Source of the DNA: a virus
Lineage: Duplodnaviria; Caudoviricetes
IMG/VR virus record: IMGVR_UViG_3300031949_000132
Span: 1-31,143 of that record
Direction: 5' to 3' (one strand)
Length of the DNA: 31,143 nt
In this document: one piece after another, positions 8,303 through 16,093 of the stretch
How the letters are laid out: every line of letters begins with the position of its first letter
Position numbering within the stretch: position 1 is the stretch's first letter
The notes under the pieces: model-generated
Databases searched by the model: none
Seen by the model: the letters and a program-made list of their open reading frames with translations, nothing else
Told to the model about the DNA's origin: nothing
Made by a program: the position numbers and the translations under genes

Positions 8303-8692
8303 TCACTTCTCCAAATCTTCAGGTGTTGAGTCGTACTTCGGCGGATAAATATCTACCCTGGCACCGGTACTATGACGATGCAGAGGAAAACCCCGAAGGT
8401 CCTGACGCAGCATGATATCGTGAGTCTCCACACGCAGGAGCCTTCTATTCGTGGCATTCTGCTGCCCCACCAGTTGCTCCACCTGCTTGTTCAGCACTTC
8501 CACCTGGGCGTGCAACCGGTCCATAGTAAGAAAACCAGCCACGACAAGTAGAATCAGCCCGATCAGCGTCCACGCATTCACAGAAAGGTCGAGACGCACC
8601 CGGCCCCCTCCGGAAGGAGGAGGAGAACCGAGCCTCTCCATGCCCTCGATGAGGGGCTTGGGAACTGCGGCGTATTCCAAGGGGTCACTCAT
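8303..8692 (-). CDS. Single-pass membrane protein with coiled coil (129 aa)
   Basis: TM segment AWTLIGLILLVVAGFLT followed by heptads LHAQVEVLNKQVEQLVGQQ. Confidence 0.7.
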   Translation of the reverse strand: MSDPLEYAAVPKPLIEGMERLGSPPPSGGGRVRLDLSVNAWTLIGLILLVVAGFLTMDRLHAQVEVLNKQVEQLVGQQNATNRRLLRVETHDIMLRQDLRGFPLHRHSTGARVDIYPPKYDSTPEDLEK

Positions 8693-8694
8693 GA

Positions 8695-10077
8695 TCAGGG
8701 TCCAATCGGCCCGGTCGTGCTGATGACGATGTTCTTCCAGTAGCGATACTCATCTACATTAAGATAGTTGAAGCGGTCTACTTGGGTCCCCACAGCAATG
8801 CGGTTGATTCCCGTCGTGCAGGTGCCGCGAAGGTTGACGTTGAGGCTTTGCAGGTCAGTCAACTCTGTGCCGTTGACATAGACGCGCAGCTCGCCGTCGC
8901 TCAAGCCGGGAGTGTTGGGCTTTACATAGACTTCTACTGAGTACCAAGTGTCAAAAGCCCACGTTGTCGCGCTGGTCTTACTTGTGGGTGCGGGGCCGCC
9001 CGAGCATTCTGGGGCATCGTAGCCTATCCCAAAGTGTGCCCAATCGGACGCCGGTCTGCCGTTGACGACGACGGCCCAGTGGTAATCGTGCGTTGTACCG
9101 TAAGGGTCTTTCAAGTAGAAGAGTTTGCGCTGGATTTCATTGCTGCCCCCGGCGTTTTGGTGGAAGCGCACGTAGCCGCGCAGGTAGAAGGCTGGAAGCC
9201 CGTTCGGGTAGCCATTCGTGGAATTGAAGTTCTTCTGCACATAGCGGTTTGCCTCGCCGTGGGCAGAGCCGCAAGCGGGATTGGTTGAGTCTCCACACAC
9301 GACGTAATGAAACTGCGCACAATTCCCCCCATCTGGGCAGGCAACTATAGTGTCATCCGTGGTCGTCCACACCTGCGTCCACGCCGCAAAGCTGCTCAAG
9401 GCATCGGAGAAGATCGGTGCGCCAGGAGACGCCGCAATCGTGACCGCAAACGCCTTCGAGTAAGTCTGCGGCGTAGCGCTGGAATCGGTTACGGTGAACG
9501 TCACGCTATAAGTGCCGCTGGCTGTCGGCGTGCCCGCCACAACGCCTGTCGCTCCGGTCAGTGCGATGCCGGGCGGAAGTCCGCAGGATGGCGCAACACA
9601 CGTCGCTGGAATCGACCACGTGTAAGGAGCTGTTCCGCCCGTGGCTTGCAGCGTCGTGGTGTAGGCAACACTGACTTGACCGGAAGGCAAACTGCCCGTT
9701 GAGATCGACGCGGCCGGCGTGGGCGCCGGGGCCGCGCCAGTGATGGTGATGAAAAGCCCCTGATCATCGGTTTTCGGCGGACCTTCGGAGTCCGTAACGC
9801 GCACCGTGAAAGCGAAAGTATTGTTGACCGTCGGCGTGCCGGAGATGATGCCGGTGGCTGCGGCAATGCTTAGGCCGTCGGGAAGCGCCCCACTCGAGAT
9901 CGACCACGAGTAAGGCTTGGTTCCAAACTTCGCCTTGACCGTCGCGGAGTAGGCCACGCCGTTCTGACCGGCCGCGAGCTTGGTCGTGAATATCGCCGGG
10001 GGCTTCACCGCGAGGGCTGATCCACAGATGACGCAGATTAGAAAGATGAGAGCGAAACCACGAAGAATGCTTTTCAT
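8695..10077 (-). CDS. Exported protein (460 aa): two putative Ig (He_PIG-like) domains plus a polysaccharide-lyase/ConA-like jelly-roll
   Basis: Start moved to ATG 10077: MKSILRGFALIFLICVICGSALA|V. Two copies of 'Y...x.A.GGT.PY.WSI..G.LP.G.....TG.I.GTPT..GT..FTV.VTDS'; C-domain 'WYSVEVYVKPNTPGLSDGELRVYVNG'. Confidence 0.8.
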   Translation of the reverse strand: MKSILRGFALIFLICVICGSALAVKPPAIFTTKLAAGQNGVAYSATVKAKFGTKPYSWSISSGALPDGLSIAAATGIISGTPTVNNTFAFTVRVTDSEGPPKTDDQGLFITITGAAPAPTPAASISTGSLPSGQVSVAYTTTLQATGGTAPYTWSIPATCVAPSCGLPPGIALTGATGVVAGTPTASGTYSVTFTVTDSSATPQTYSKAFAVTIAASPGAPIFSDALSSFAAWTQVWTTTDDTIVACPDGGNCAQFHYVVCGDSTNPACGSAHGEANRYVQKNFNSTNGYPNGLPAFYLRGYVRFHQNAGGSNEIQRKLFYLKDPYGTTHDYHWAVVVNGRPASDWAHFGIGYDAPECSGGPAPTSKTSATTWAFDTWYSVEVYVKPNTPGLSDGELRVYVNGTELTDLQSLNVNLRGTCTTGINRIAVGTQVDRFNYLNVDEYRYWKNIVISTTGPIGP

Positions 10078-10108
10078 GCTGACTCCCGGCTCCTGACTCC
10101 TGCTTTTC

Positions 10109-11005
10109 TCACATCGCCACAAACACGTTGGTCTTTTTCCGGCCCCCACCGCCAAAGAAATAGCGCCTCGTCGGGGACTGCGGCACCAGCATCCCATAAG
10201 GCTCGGCAAACCACCAGGAAATCAAATCGTCTGGCCACTGCTCTTTAGCTACAGCGAAGAAGTAGAACTCTTGCAAGTCGCCGCTGACTCCAAACGTGCT
10301 ATTCAATCTGACTTCCCCAGAAGCCGCCCTGGAGATTGCCGTCGTCTGGTTCGCAAGTTTCTCACCATTCTTCCAGATAGAAGACCCCTTGCCCCCAGCG
10401 GCAAATGCCCACATCTCAGGAACGGCTGTCCAGCTCAAGCCTGCAAGGGTTAAGCGATTGGGAGCTGTATTTCCACCAAAGTCCCAATACACGGTTCCGT
10501 CGTTAAAGGGGACAAGCCCCTGAAATCCCCCGCCAGCAATAGGCTCTCCGAAGGCTGCGGAGACCCTAGTTGTAGTATCTGTTTTACGCCTGATGAGCAA
10601 CACCGTCCCGCCTTTTGTTACTTCGTCGAGGACGCCAAGGGCCTGCATGAAGTCGCCCGTATTATTGATGTTGATGCCCGTCCCCGGCGTGTTCCAGACC
10701 CATGAAGGAGTGCCCGCGAGAGTGCCGAATGGCCCGTTAATGACGCAATTTGCCCTGTTTGCAGCGTTATGTGAGACAATATTCGTAGCTGCAACGATCC
10801 CGCCACCCTCATTAAAAGGAATCACGGCCACCATGCCCATTGCGAGAGGATGGCCCCAGTTCACGCAGAGCCCACCTACGGGCTTCTCGACCTGCCTTTT
10901 GGGTCGCGTAATAATGGACGCGGAGAGCCGTACCACGGGGTCGGCGGCGATTGCCGCTGCTACCGATGCCTGCGCCGCGAGTTTGATGAAGTTTCTGCGT
11001 TTCAT
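10109..11005 (-). CDS. LamG/ConA-like lectin protein with Tat (twin-arginine) signal peptide (298 aa)
   Basis: MKRRNFIKLAAQASVAAAIAA matches the RRxFLK Tat consensus; 'NWGHPLAMGMVAVIPFNEGGG', 'SIWKNG' and 'EPYGML' resemble phage LamG-like proteins; TAATG coupling with the upstream gene. Confidence 0.75.
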   Translation of the reverse strand: MKRRNFIKLAAQASVAAAIAADPVVRLSASIITRPKRQVEKPVGGLCVNWGHPLAMGMVAVIPFNEGGGIVAATNIVSHNAANRANCVINGPFGTLAGTPSWVWNTPGTGININNTGDFMQALGVLDEVTKGGTVLLIRRKTDTTTRVSAAFGEPIAGGGFQGLVPFNDGTVYWDFGGNTAPNRLTLAGLSWTAVPEMWAFAAGGKGSSIWKNGEKLANQTTAISRAASGEVRLNSTFGVSGDLQEFYFFAVAKEQWPDDLISWWFAEPYGMLVPQSPTRRYFFGGGGRKKTNVFVAM

Positions 11006-11544
11006 TATGGACTCTGTGCGAGTGCTCCTTGATAGAGTTTTAGGTGACTACCCTCAGTCCCGTCGAGTGTTCCACCGCTCTGGTTCTCGATGATGATTCC
11101 CCACTTCTGAGGCAGCACGCCGCCGAAAGCCGCTGCAACAGAGAAAGGCTCACTCTTGTAGGTCGTTGCGTTGGCGACGACGTTGAGCCTTCCAATCAGC
11201 TTGACGTTCGCGGGACTCGTCAGAGTGATTGCCGCATCGGTTCCTGCTCCCTCAGCGTATGTCGTCCCACCATCGGCTGTGCCGTAGGCGTACACGTTGA
11301 CGTAGCCGGTGGTCGAAGTCGCTGCGGCTCCCGACTTGATTTGTACCTGCACCAAAACGTCGAGGTACAGAGTCGAGGTGTTGTCCACTGCAAGGCAGGA
11401 GCGCGCGGCCGTTGTCACGAGACTCGCAAGCGTGCAGGTGATAGTCGCGGGCGACCCGTACTTTGATTTGATGTCGGCGGTGTGGACCGGCGACGCCATG
11501 CACAGCGCCAAGACAACGAGAAGTCCGCAGATTCTTTTTCGCAT
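11005..11544 (-). CDS. Exported beta-sandwich protein (179 aa), probable partner of the LamG-like protein
   Basis: AGGAG 6 nt before ATG 11544 (the ATG at 11550 directly abuts the SD); MRKRICGLLVVLALCMASPVHTA signal; 'DGGTTY', 'FSVAAAFGGVLPQKWGIIIENQSG'. Confidence 0.75.
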   Translation of the reverse strand: MRKRICGLLVVLALCMASPVHTADIKSKYGSPATITCTLASLVTTAARSCLAVDNTSTLYLDVLVQVQIKSGAAATSTTGYVNVYAYGTADGGTTYAEGAGTDAAITLTSPANVKLIGRLNVVANATTYKSEPFSVAAAFGGVLPQKWGIIIENQSGGTLDGTEGSHLKLYQGALAQSP

Positions 11545-11553
11545 ATTCATCTC

Positions 11554-13353
11554 CTACCTTGTTCCCGCCAGAGTAATTGCAATGTCGGCAAGGGTCGCGT
11601 CGGCGCTTCCCGGCCCGACTACGGTGAGCACGTCACCAGCCGAGAACAGCGCCCCAACGGTCGAGGCGAAGGTGCAAGTGGTCCCCGCAATGGCGAATGT
11701 GCAGGTGCCAAACGCTGCGCCATTCTTGTTGGTGCTCACGATAGTTTCCGCTGTAGCTGCTATACCTGCACTCGCGTAGCTTCCCGCCAGCGCAATCGGG
11801 AATGCCACTTGCCGGGTGAACACCACGCGGCTCAAGACTTCGGAAGCTCCTGGCACACCTGAGAAGAATGTCACCACGTCGTAAGGATTGACGACGGGCT
11901 GCGCCGAGCCGGTCTGCGTCTGCAAAAAGATATTGTCGAGGTAGAAGCCAATCGAGCCTCCGCCGCCGCTCACCTGGATCTTGAGCGTAGTAACAAGGTT
12001 GCCGCCTGTTCCCCACAGCGATGTTGGAATGACAATCTGCTGGTAAGTAGCAGTCTGCGAGCTGGAAAACCCGAATAGACCATCGTCGAGCGTAACTGCC
12101 GTGCCCACTGGCGTTGAGCCATTCAGCCATGAAAGCAGCAGTGATTTGGGGTTTGGCCAAGCTGCCTTGCTGCGGATATAGAGTGTCTTAGTGACGTAAG
12201 CTGACAAATTCTCCGTGCCCGCGGCAGGCTTGACCAGCGTGACGTTGTTGCCAGCTACGGCAGTGGTCGCCTCAATGTCCTTTGTTCCGGCATAGGGATT
12301 CGAAGTCGAGGCGCAGTTGAAGTTGGCCGACGCCGTACACGTCCACTCGGTGTTCTCCAAGTAGAGATTCGTCGTACTGAAATTGCCGGGTGTTGTAGCG
12401 AGAGCGGCAATATAGATTAGACCCCCGCTCAGGTCAACTTGGGTCGTGGGGTCAATGCTGGGAGCGGCAGGAGGCGTCGCAGCCGTGCCCGTAATCTTGA
12501 CAGCAGCCCCGGTATTGTCTACGACAATCCTATCAATGCGGGGGTCTACGGCATCTGCAGCGTCGAGAGTGATTGCAGTCAGCGGCGAAGAGTAGGACGT
12601 GCCGCCAATCAAGTAGGTCGCCGGCGACACGGAGAAATCCAAGTCGCCGGTCCAGACGACTCCACCGCCGGTCAGCAGCCCGGTCCCAATAGATTGAACG
12701 CTCCCCGTAGCAGGCGGGGCAATGACCGTAGGTGTGCCGCCATCAACCGAATACCAGAAAAGTCCGGTCGTCGGGTCGCACCCGAACAGTCCCACGTTCG
12801 CTTCGGCAATGGTAGGGTCCACGCAGGTCGTCTCGATGGGATTGTCGGTCGAGAAGAAATCCGTCACGTACAGGTCGCCATTCATCAACGTGTCGCCGGT
12901 GAAGGTTTTGTTTCCGGCGAGGACTTGCGGACCTGTCGTGATGAGTCCGCGCGCCGTGGCGCTGGCGTCAGGAATGCAAAAGAAATGAGTATCAACACTC
13001 GGCTCGATGTTGAAATCAATCCCGGTTGTGCAAGTCTGAAAATACTGAGTGGTGGTACTCAGAGTTGACTCTGATGTTCCAAGGTTTATGATGCCGGTGC
13101 CAGCGATCCCCGGAGTCGTCCCCCCTCCGGTTCGTGTCTGCCCAACTCTTGGAGGCGCCCAAGGCCAGGGCCACGCTTTTTTCATAGCCGACGCGGTTGT
13201 CATTAGATGGAAAGGAGGAAGCTTTGCCCAATTTGTGGCAATTAGCTTTGTTTCTGGTTGAAGTGAAGTTTTCCTGAGGGTCTGCGCGTGCACCGACCCT
13301 ATTGAGAATAGCGTAGCAAGCGCGAGTAGGAACGAACGAACTATGAGGTTCAT
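11554..13353 (-). CDS. Exported fibre-like protein (599 aa) with a carbohydrate-binding-like domain and a fibre-type C-terminal domain
   Basis: GGGAGG SD before ATG 13353: MNLIVRSFLLALATLFSIGSVHA|Q. 'DPRIDRIVVD...GTAA.PPAAP' fibre motif; 'YQQIVIP...FYLDNI.L' CBM-like; C-terminal 'PYDV..F.GVP...KNG...F.AGDVLTV..P...DATLADIAITLAG'. Confidence 0.75.
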   Translation of the reverse strand: MNLIVRSFLLALATLFSIGSVHAQTLRKTSLQPETKLIATNWAKLPPFHLMTTASAMKKAWPWPWAPPRVGQTRTGGGTTPGIAGTGIINLGTSESTLSTTTQYFQTCTTGIDFNIEPSVDTHFFCIPDASATARGLITTGPQVLAGNKTFTGDTLMNGDLYVTDFFSTDNPIETTCVDPTIAEANVGLFGCDPTTGLFWYSVDGGTPTVIAPPATGSVQSIGTGLLTGGGVVWTGDLDFSVSPATYLIGGTSYSSPLTAITLDAADAVDPRIDRIVVDNTGAAVKITGTAATPPAAPSIDPTTQVDLSGGLIYIAALATTPGNFSTTNLYLENTEWTCTASANFNCASTSNPYAGTKDIEATTAVAGNNVTLVKPAAGTENLSAYVTKTLYIRSKAAWPNPKSLLLSWLNGSTPVGTAVTLDDGLFGFSSSQTATYQQIVIPTSLWGTGGNLVTTLKIQVSGGGGSIGFYLDNIFLQTQTGSAQPVVNPYDVVTFFSGVPGASEVLSRVVFTRQVAFPIALAGSYASAGIAATAETIVSTNKNGAAFGTCTFAIAGTTCTFASTVGALFSAGDVLTVVGPGSADATLADIAITLAGTR

Positions 13354-13372
13354 CACTCTAGCCTCCCGACGC

Positions 13373-13921
13373 TTACGTCTGAACGATCGAAGGGAGATAA
13401 ACATCGTTGATGGTTCCGACCACCCAATACTCTGACGAACTCCCTGGATTCGCGCCAAAGATATTCGAGTTGAAGACCTCGACTGGCTGGCCAGCGGCTA
13501 CGGTCTCGAGCCGCACCATAAGATGGAGACCGGTTCCTAGAGCGGCATCTCTTTTGGTTCCAACCCCCAGGGCGCCCGCGTCGCCTGCGCGCCTCTGAAT
13601 GTACAGCGACGCCATGTTGACGTTCAGAATGACCCGCGCGCCGGAAGCATGGGTAAACTTCAGGGCAGTGACAGTCAAGCTTCCAGCCCCGATCGAGACA
13701 ATCCTGGCATTCTCTGACTTCGTTCCGTCAGTCTCTACCACGATAATCTCGTCGTTTTTCTCCCAAGGCAGGGCATCGTCCACAACAGGGATGACTTGAG
13801 TTGGCATGGGCTGTCCAAGGCCATCGGTGGTCGGCACGAAGGCCGCGGAGAGTGTTGTGCCAAAGACCGGCTGCGCGACGTCAGTCGCGACAATGGTCAA
13901 GTATTTGAATGCTCGGTTCGT
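13373..13921 (-). CDS. Virion-region hypothetical protein without signal peptide; probable ACG start at 13921 (TTG 13900 is the alternative)
   Basis: GGAGGTGA SD precedes an in-frame ACG (6 nt after GGAGG), giving (M)NRAFKYLTIVATDVAQPVFGTTL; an in-frame TGA lies just upstream. Confidence 0.7.
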   Translation of the reverse strand, partial: TNRAFKYLTIVATDVAQPVFGTTLSAAFVPTTDGLGQPMPTQVIPVVDDALPWEKNDEIIVVETDGTKSENARIVSIGAGSLTVTALKFTHASGARVILNVNMASLYIQRRAGDAGALGVGTKRDAALGTGLHLMVRLETVAAGQPVEVFNSNIFGANPGSSSEYWVVGTINDVYLPSIVQT

Positions 13922-13934
13922 AAGTCACCTCCGA

Positions 13935-13950
13935 GTGCAGAACTGCACAA
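13935..13950 (+). promoter_or_regulatory. Quasi-palindromic motif copy 3, GTGCAGAACTGCACAA
   Basis: Intergenic, 2 nt from the SD of the downstream (13921) gene. Confidence 0.65.
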
Positions 13951-13953
13951 CGC

Positions 13954-15216
13954 TTAGTCAGCCGCAGTTGTGGTTACTCGTTCCCAATCGGTGTCGGCCC
14001 CGCCCGTGGCGACTTTCAGGTAAGCCTTGCCAGCACTGGAAAAGTAGTAAGAACCAATGGCGCCCGCTGTGCCCACTTCCGAACGGACAGCATTACGTGT
14101 GGTCTGTACCCCAACTGAGATGATCGCCCCGTTTGAAAAGCGGATCTGCCCGCCTGTTACGACGATCGTGGCCCCATTCATGTCGAGGCCCACATTCCAT
14201 CCGGTCGTATTCCCTGCGTTCGTAGGAATGAGAATCGCAGCGTCAGGAACTCCAACGTTCGACTGGTCGATGTTGCGAACTCGGATACCGTATTGCGTGG
14301 TCGCCTTGGCACCCTCATTCTTAATCGCCACATCGAGCCCACCATGCTCTGTGGCGTTCGTACCGAAGTTCTCAGTTTGTACTTCAAGACCTCGAACGAC
14401 CGGAGAGGTTGACCCGGACTTCGAAGATGCAGAGGCTAATCCACCAATTAACTGGCCTAAGGTCCCACCACTGCGGTTGTTCACAACGCTGTTCAGGCCG
14501 CGCAAAATGAAGTTTGAATCGTTGGCCCCGTAATTATTGTAGGTCCACTTGGCGATCGCGTCGTTTGAATCCCCGGTCACCGCTGCTGTGCTCGGTCGGT
14601 TGACTTGAATAGTGAAGGCATAGGTTTTGAAGGCCGCGCCGTTAGCCGACATTAGACCAGAGCTTGAACCCCCGCCATCACTCAATCCGAATAGGTAGGT
14701 TTGCGAACCGCTGGGCCGCGCCGAGGGCAAGAAGTTAAGAGCGATATCGCTCTGTGTCTTGATCAAAGCGCCGTTTGGAAACAACAGGCCCGACGTTCCC
14801 ACGGTCGGGGTTCCTCCCGTGATGGCTGGAGCTGCGGCCGAGAGCACAGTGGAAAGGCTCACAGTCGCCGAGGTAATTGTCGTCAGGGCAGTAAAGCACG
14901 TCCCGCCCGCCGAGCAGATCGTAGCCTGCCAGCGAGATCCCCCGCCAAGTATGTCCGTCCGGCCGAGTGTGACGCTTGAAAACGCCCCGCCCGACGTCAA
15001 ACTCCCACTTTTGGGTGTAGTGCTCGCGCCAGTTCCGAAATTGACTCCCTGCGGTCCAGGTACGAACACGAAGGCGTAGGTCCCGTTTGCGTAGACTTGG
15101 CTGCTCGGTCCGGTAATCGTACCGGACACGGTCGCATTTTGTCCAAACGCAACCGAGGTCGCAAAGACCACGGTGAGTAATACCATCGTCAGATAGGCTG
15201 AAAGTTTTCCGAACAT
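13954..15216 (-). CDS. Exported fibre-like protein (420 aa)
   Basis: AGGAGG SD before ATG 15216: MFGKLSAYLTMVLLTVVFATSVAFG|Q; N-domain 'TVSGTIT...NGTY.F...W..TIC'; C-terminal 'GSYYFSSAGKAYLKV...W' fibre-type motif. Confidence 0.78.
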   Translation of the reverse strand: MFGKLSAYLTMVLLTVVFATSVAFGQNATVSGTITGPSSQVYANGTYAFVFVPGPQGVNFGTGASTTPKSGSLTSGGAFSSVTLGRTDILGGGSRWQATICSAGGTCFTALTTITSATVSLSTVLSAAAPAITGGTPTVGTSGLLFPNGALIKTQSDIALNFLPSARPSGSQTYLFGLSDGGGSSSGLMSANGAAFKTYAFTIQVNRPSTAAVTGDSNDAIAKWTYNNYGANDSNFILRGLNSVVNNRSGGTLGQLIGGLASASSKSGSTSPVVRGLEVQTENFGTNATEHGGLDVAIKNEGAKATTQYGIRVRNIDQSNVGVPDAAILIPTNAGNTTGWNVGLDMNGATIVVTGGQIRFSNGAIISVGVQTTRNAVRSEVGTAGAIGSYYFSSAGKAYLKVATGGADTDWERVTTTAAD

Positions 15217-15228
15217 GACATCCTCCTG

Positions 15229-15246
15229 TTTGTGCATTTACTGCAC
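15229..15246 (-). promoter_or_regulatory. Quasi-palindromic motif copy 4, GTGCAGTAAATGCACAAA
   Basis: 18-bp exact match to 20607..20624 and 29281..29298; intergenic, 1 nt before the AGGAGG SD of the 15216 gene. Confidence 0.75.
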
Positions 15247-15250
15247 TTTT

Positions 15251-16093
15251 CTAAATTGCCGATCCTGTTACCAGCCCTGGTGCATCCAAAAGCGGACGCA
15301 CGATGTCAAACTTCCTTTGAAGAAATATGGTTGCGCTTGAGTAGATCAATCGAGCGATTGCAGCCACATCGGACTGTGCAAAGTATGAAAGCCTCCATAC
15401 CTTGGCATTGGGCTTAGGTCGGTCTGGTATCCTTCGCTTACATCCCGTCGCTTGCTCTAGGAAAGCTGAGGCTGAGGTGAGAAAATTCCTCCCGCCCAAG
15501 ATCTCCCATTTCACATTGTGGGATTTTCGTCTCGGATCTCGGTAAAAGCATCCATCGCCGTCCGAATATCCACGAAGGAAATCGCAGTTAAACTCACCCA
15601 ATTCTGGCCACGGCATCGAGTCGTTCCTGTGAGAAACCAGCCCATACTTTTTGACCGATGACACAAGCCGTTCGCTGGAGATGTCTACTTGGCAAGCTAG
15701 AAATCCTCCCCCGAATCCCGTTCCCTTGTACTCGTGTATGGGATAGTCGGAATCTAGAAATCTCATGAAATTCTCAAGTTGGCTTCTGTCTCTGGACGCA
15801 AGTTTTAACTCAAGGACTCTACCCTTTGAGCCGAACGACCCGTCTGCTGCCAAAAAGCCAAGCCAGTACGCCTTTGGCTCGCTGTCGATCACATCGAAGG
15901 CCGCGTCGTCGCAGTGATATTTCCTGCTTATATAGCCAGCCTTACGACAAACGGTATTCGAGGCTTTCAGAACTCGATGGACGGAGGTGCTGGAAAACCC
16001 GAGACTGCTGCCAATTTTACGAACGGCCATCCCTGCGGCGTACAGTTGCCGAAACTTCCATGCGTCAACAGGCGTGACTTTTGGCGCTGGCAT
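15251..16093 (-). CDS. Free-standing LAGLIDADG homing endonuclease with N-terminal HTH (280 aa)
   Basis: Start at ATG 16093 (TAATG overlap). 'LYAAGMAVRKIGSSLGFSSTSVHRVLK' HTH; 'FDVIDSEPKAYWLGFLAADGS' and 'FLRGYSDGDGC' LAGLIDADG motifs; terminal 'FLQRK'. Confidence 0.92.
   Translation of the reverse strand: MPAPKVTPVDAWKFRQLYAAGMAVRKIGSSLGFSSTSVHRVLKASNTVCRKAGYISRKYHCDDAAFDVIDSEPKAYWLGFLAADGSFGSKGRVLELKLASRDRSQLENFMRFLDSDYPIHEYKGTGFGGGFLACQVDISSERLVSSVKKYGLVSHRNDSMPWPELGEFNCDFLRGYSDGDGCFYRDPRRKSHNVKWEILGGRNFLTSASAFLEQATGCKRRIPDRPKPNAKVWRLSYFAQSDVAAIARLIYSSATIFLQRKFDIVRPLLDAPGLVTGSAI

Noticed and set aside
7155-12993. Diversity-generating retroelement TR/VR pair suggested by the shared 264-bp module
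   Set aside because: Differences are mostly at third codon positions and not adenine-specific, both copies are mid-gene, and no reverse transcriptase is in the window.
439-15216. Block is a host secreted-protein island or contractile injection system
   Set aside because: It is co-oriented and tightly packed between two adaptor-like genes, contains fibre/spike motifs, and has no sheath, tube or baseplate; a non-virion role for single members is still possible.
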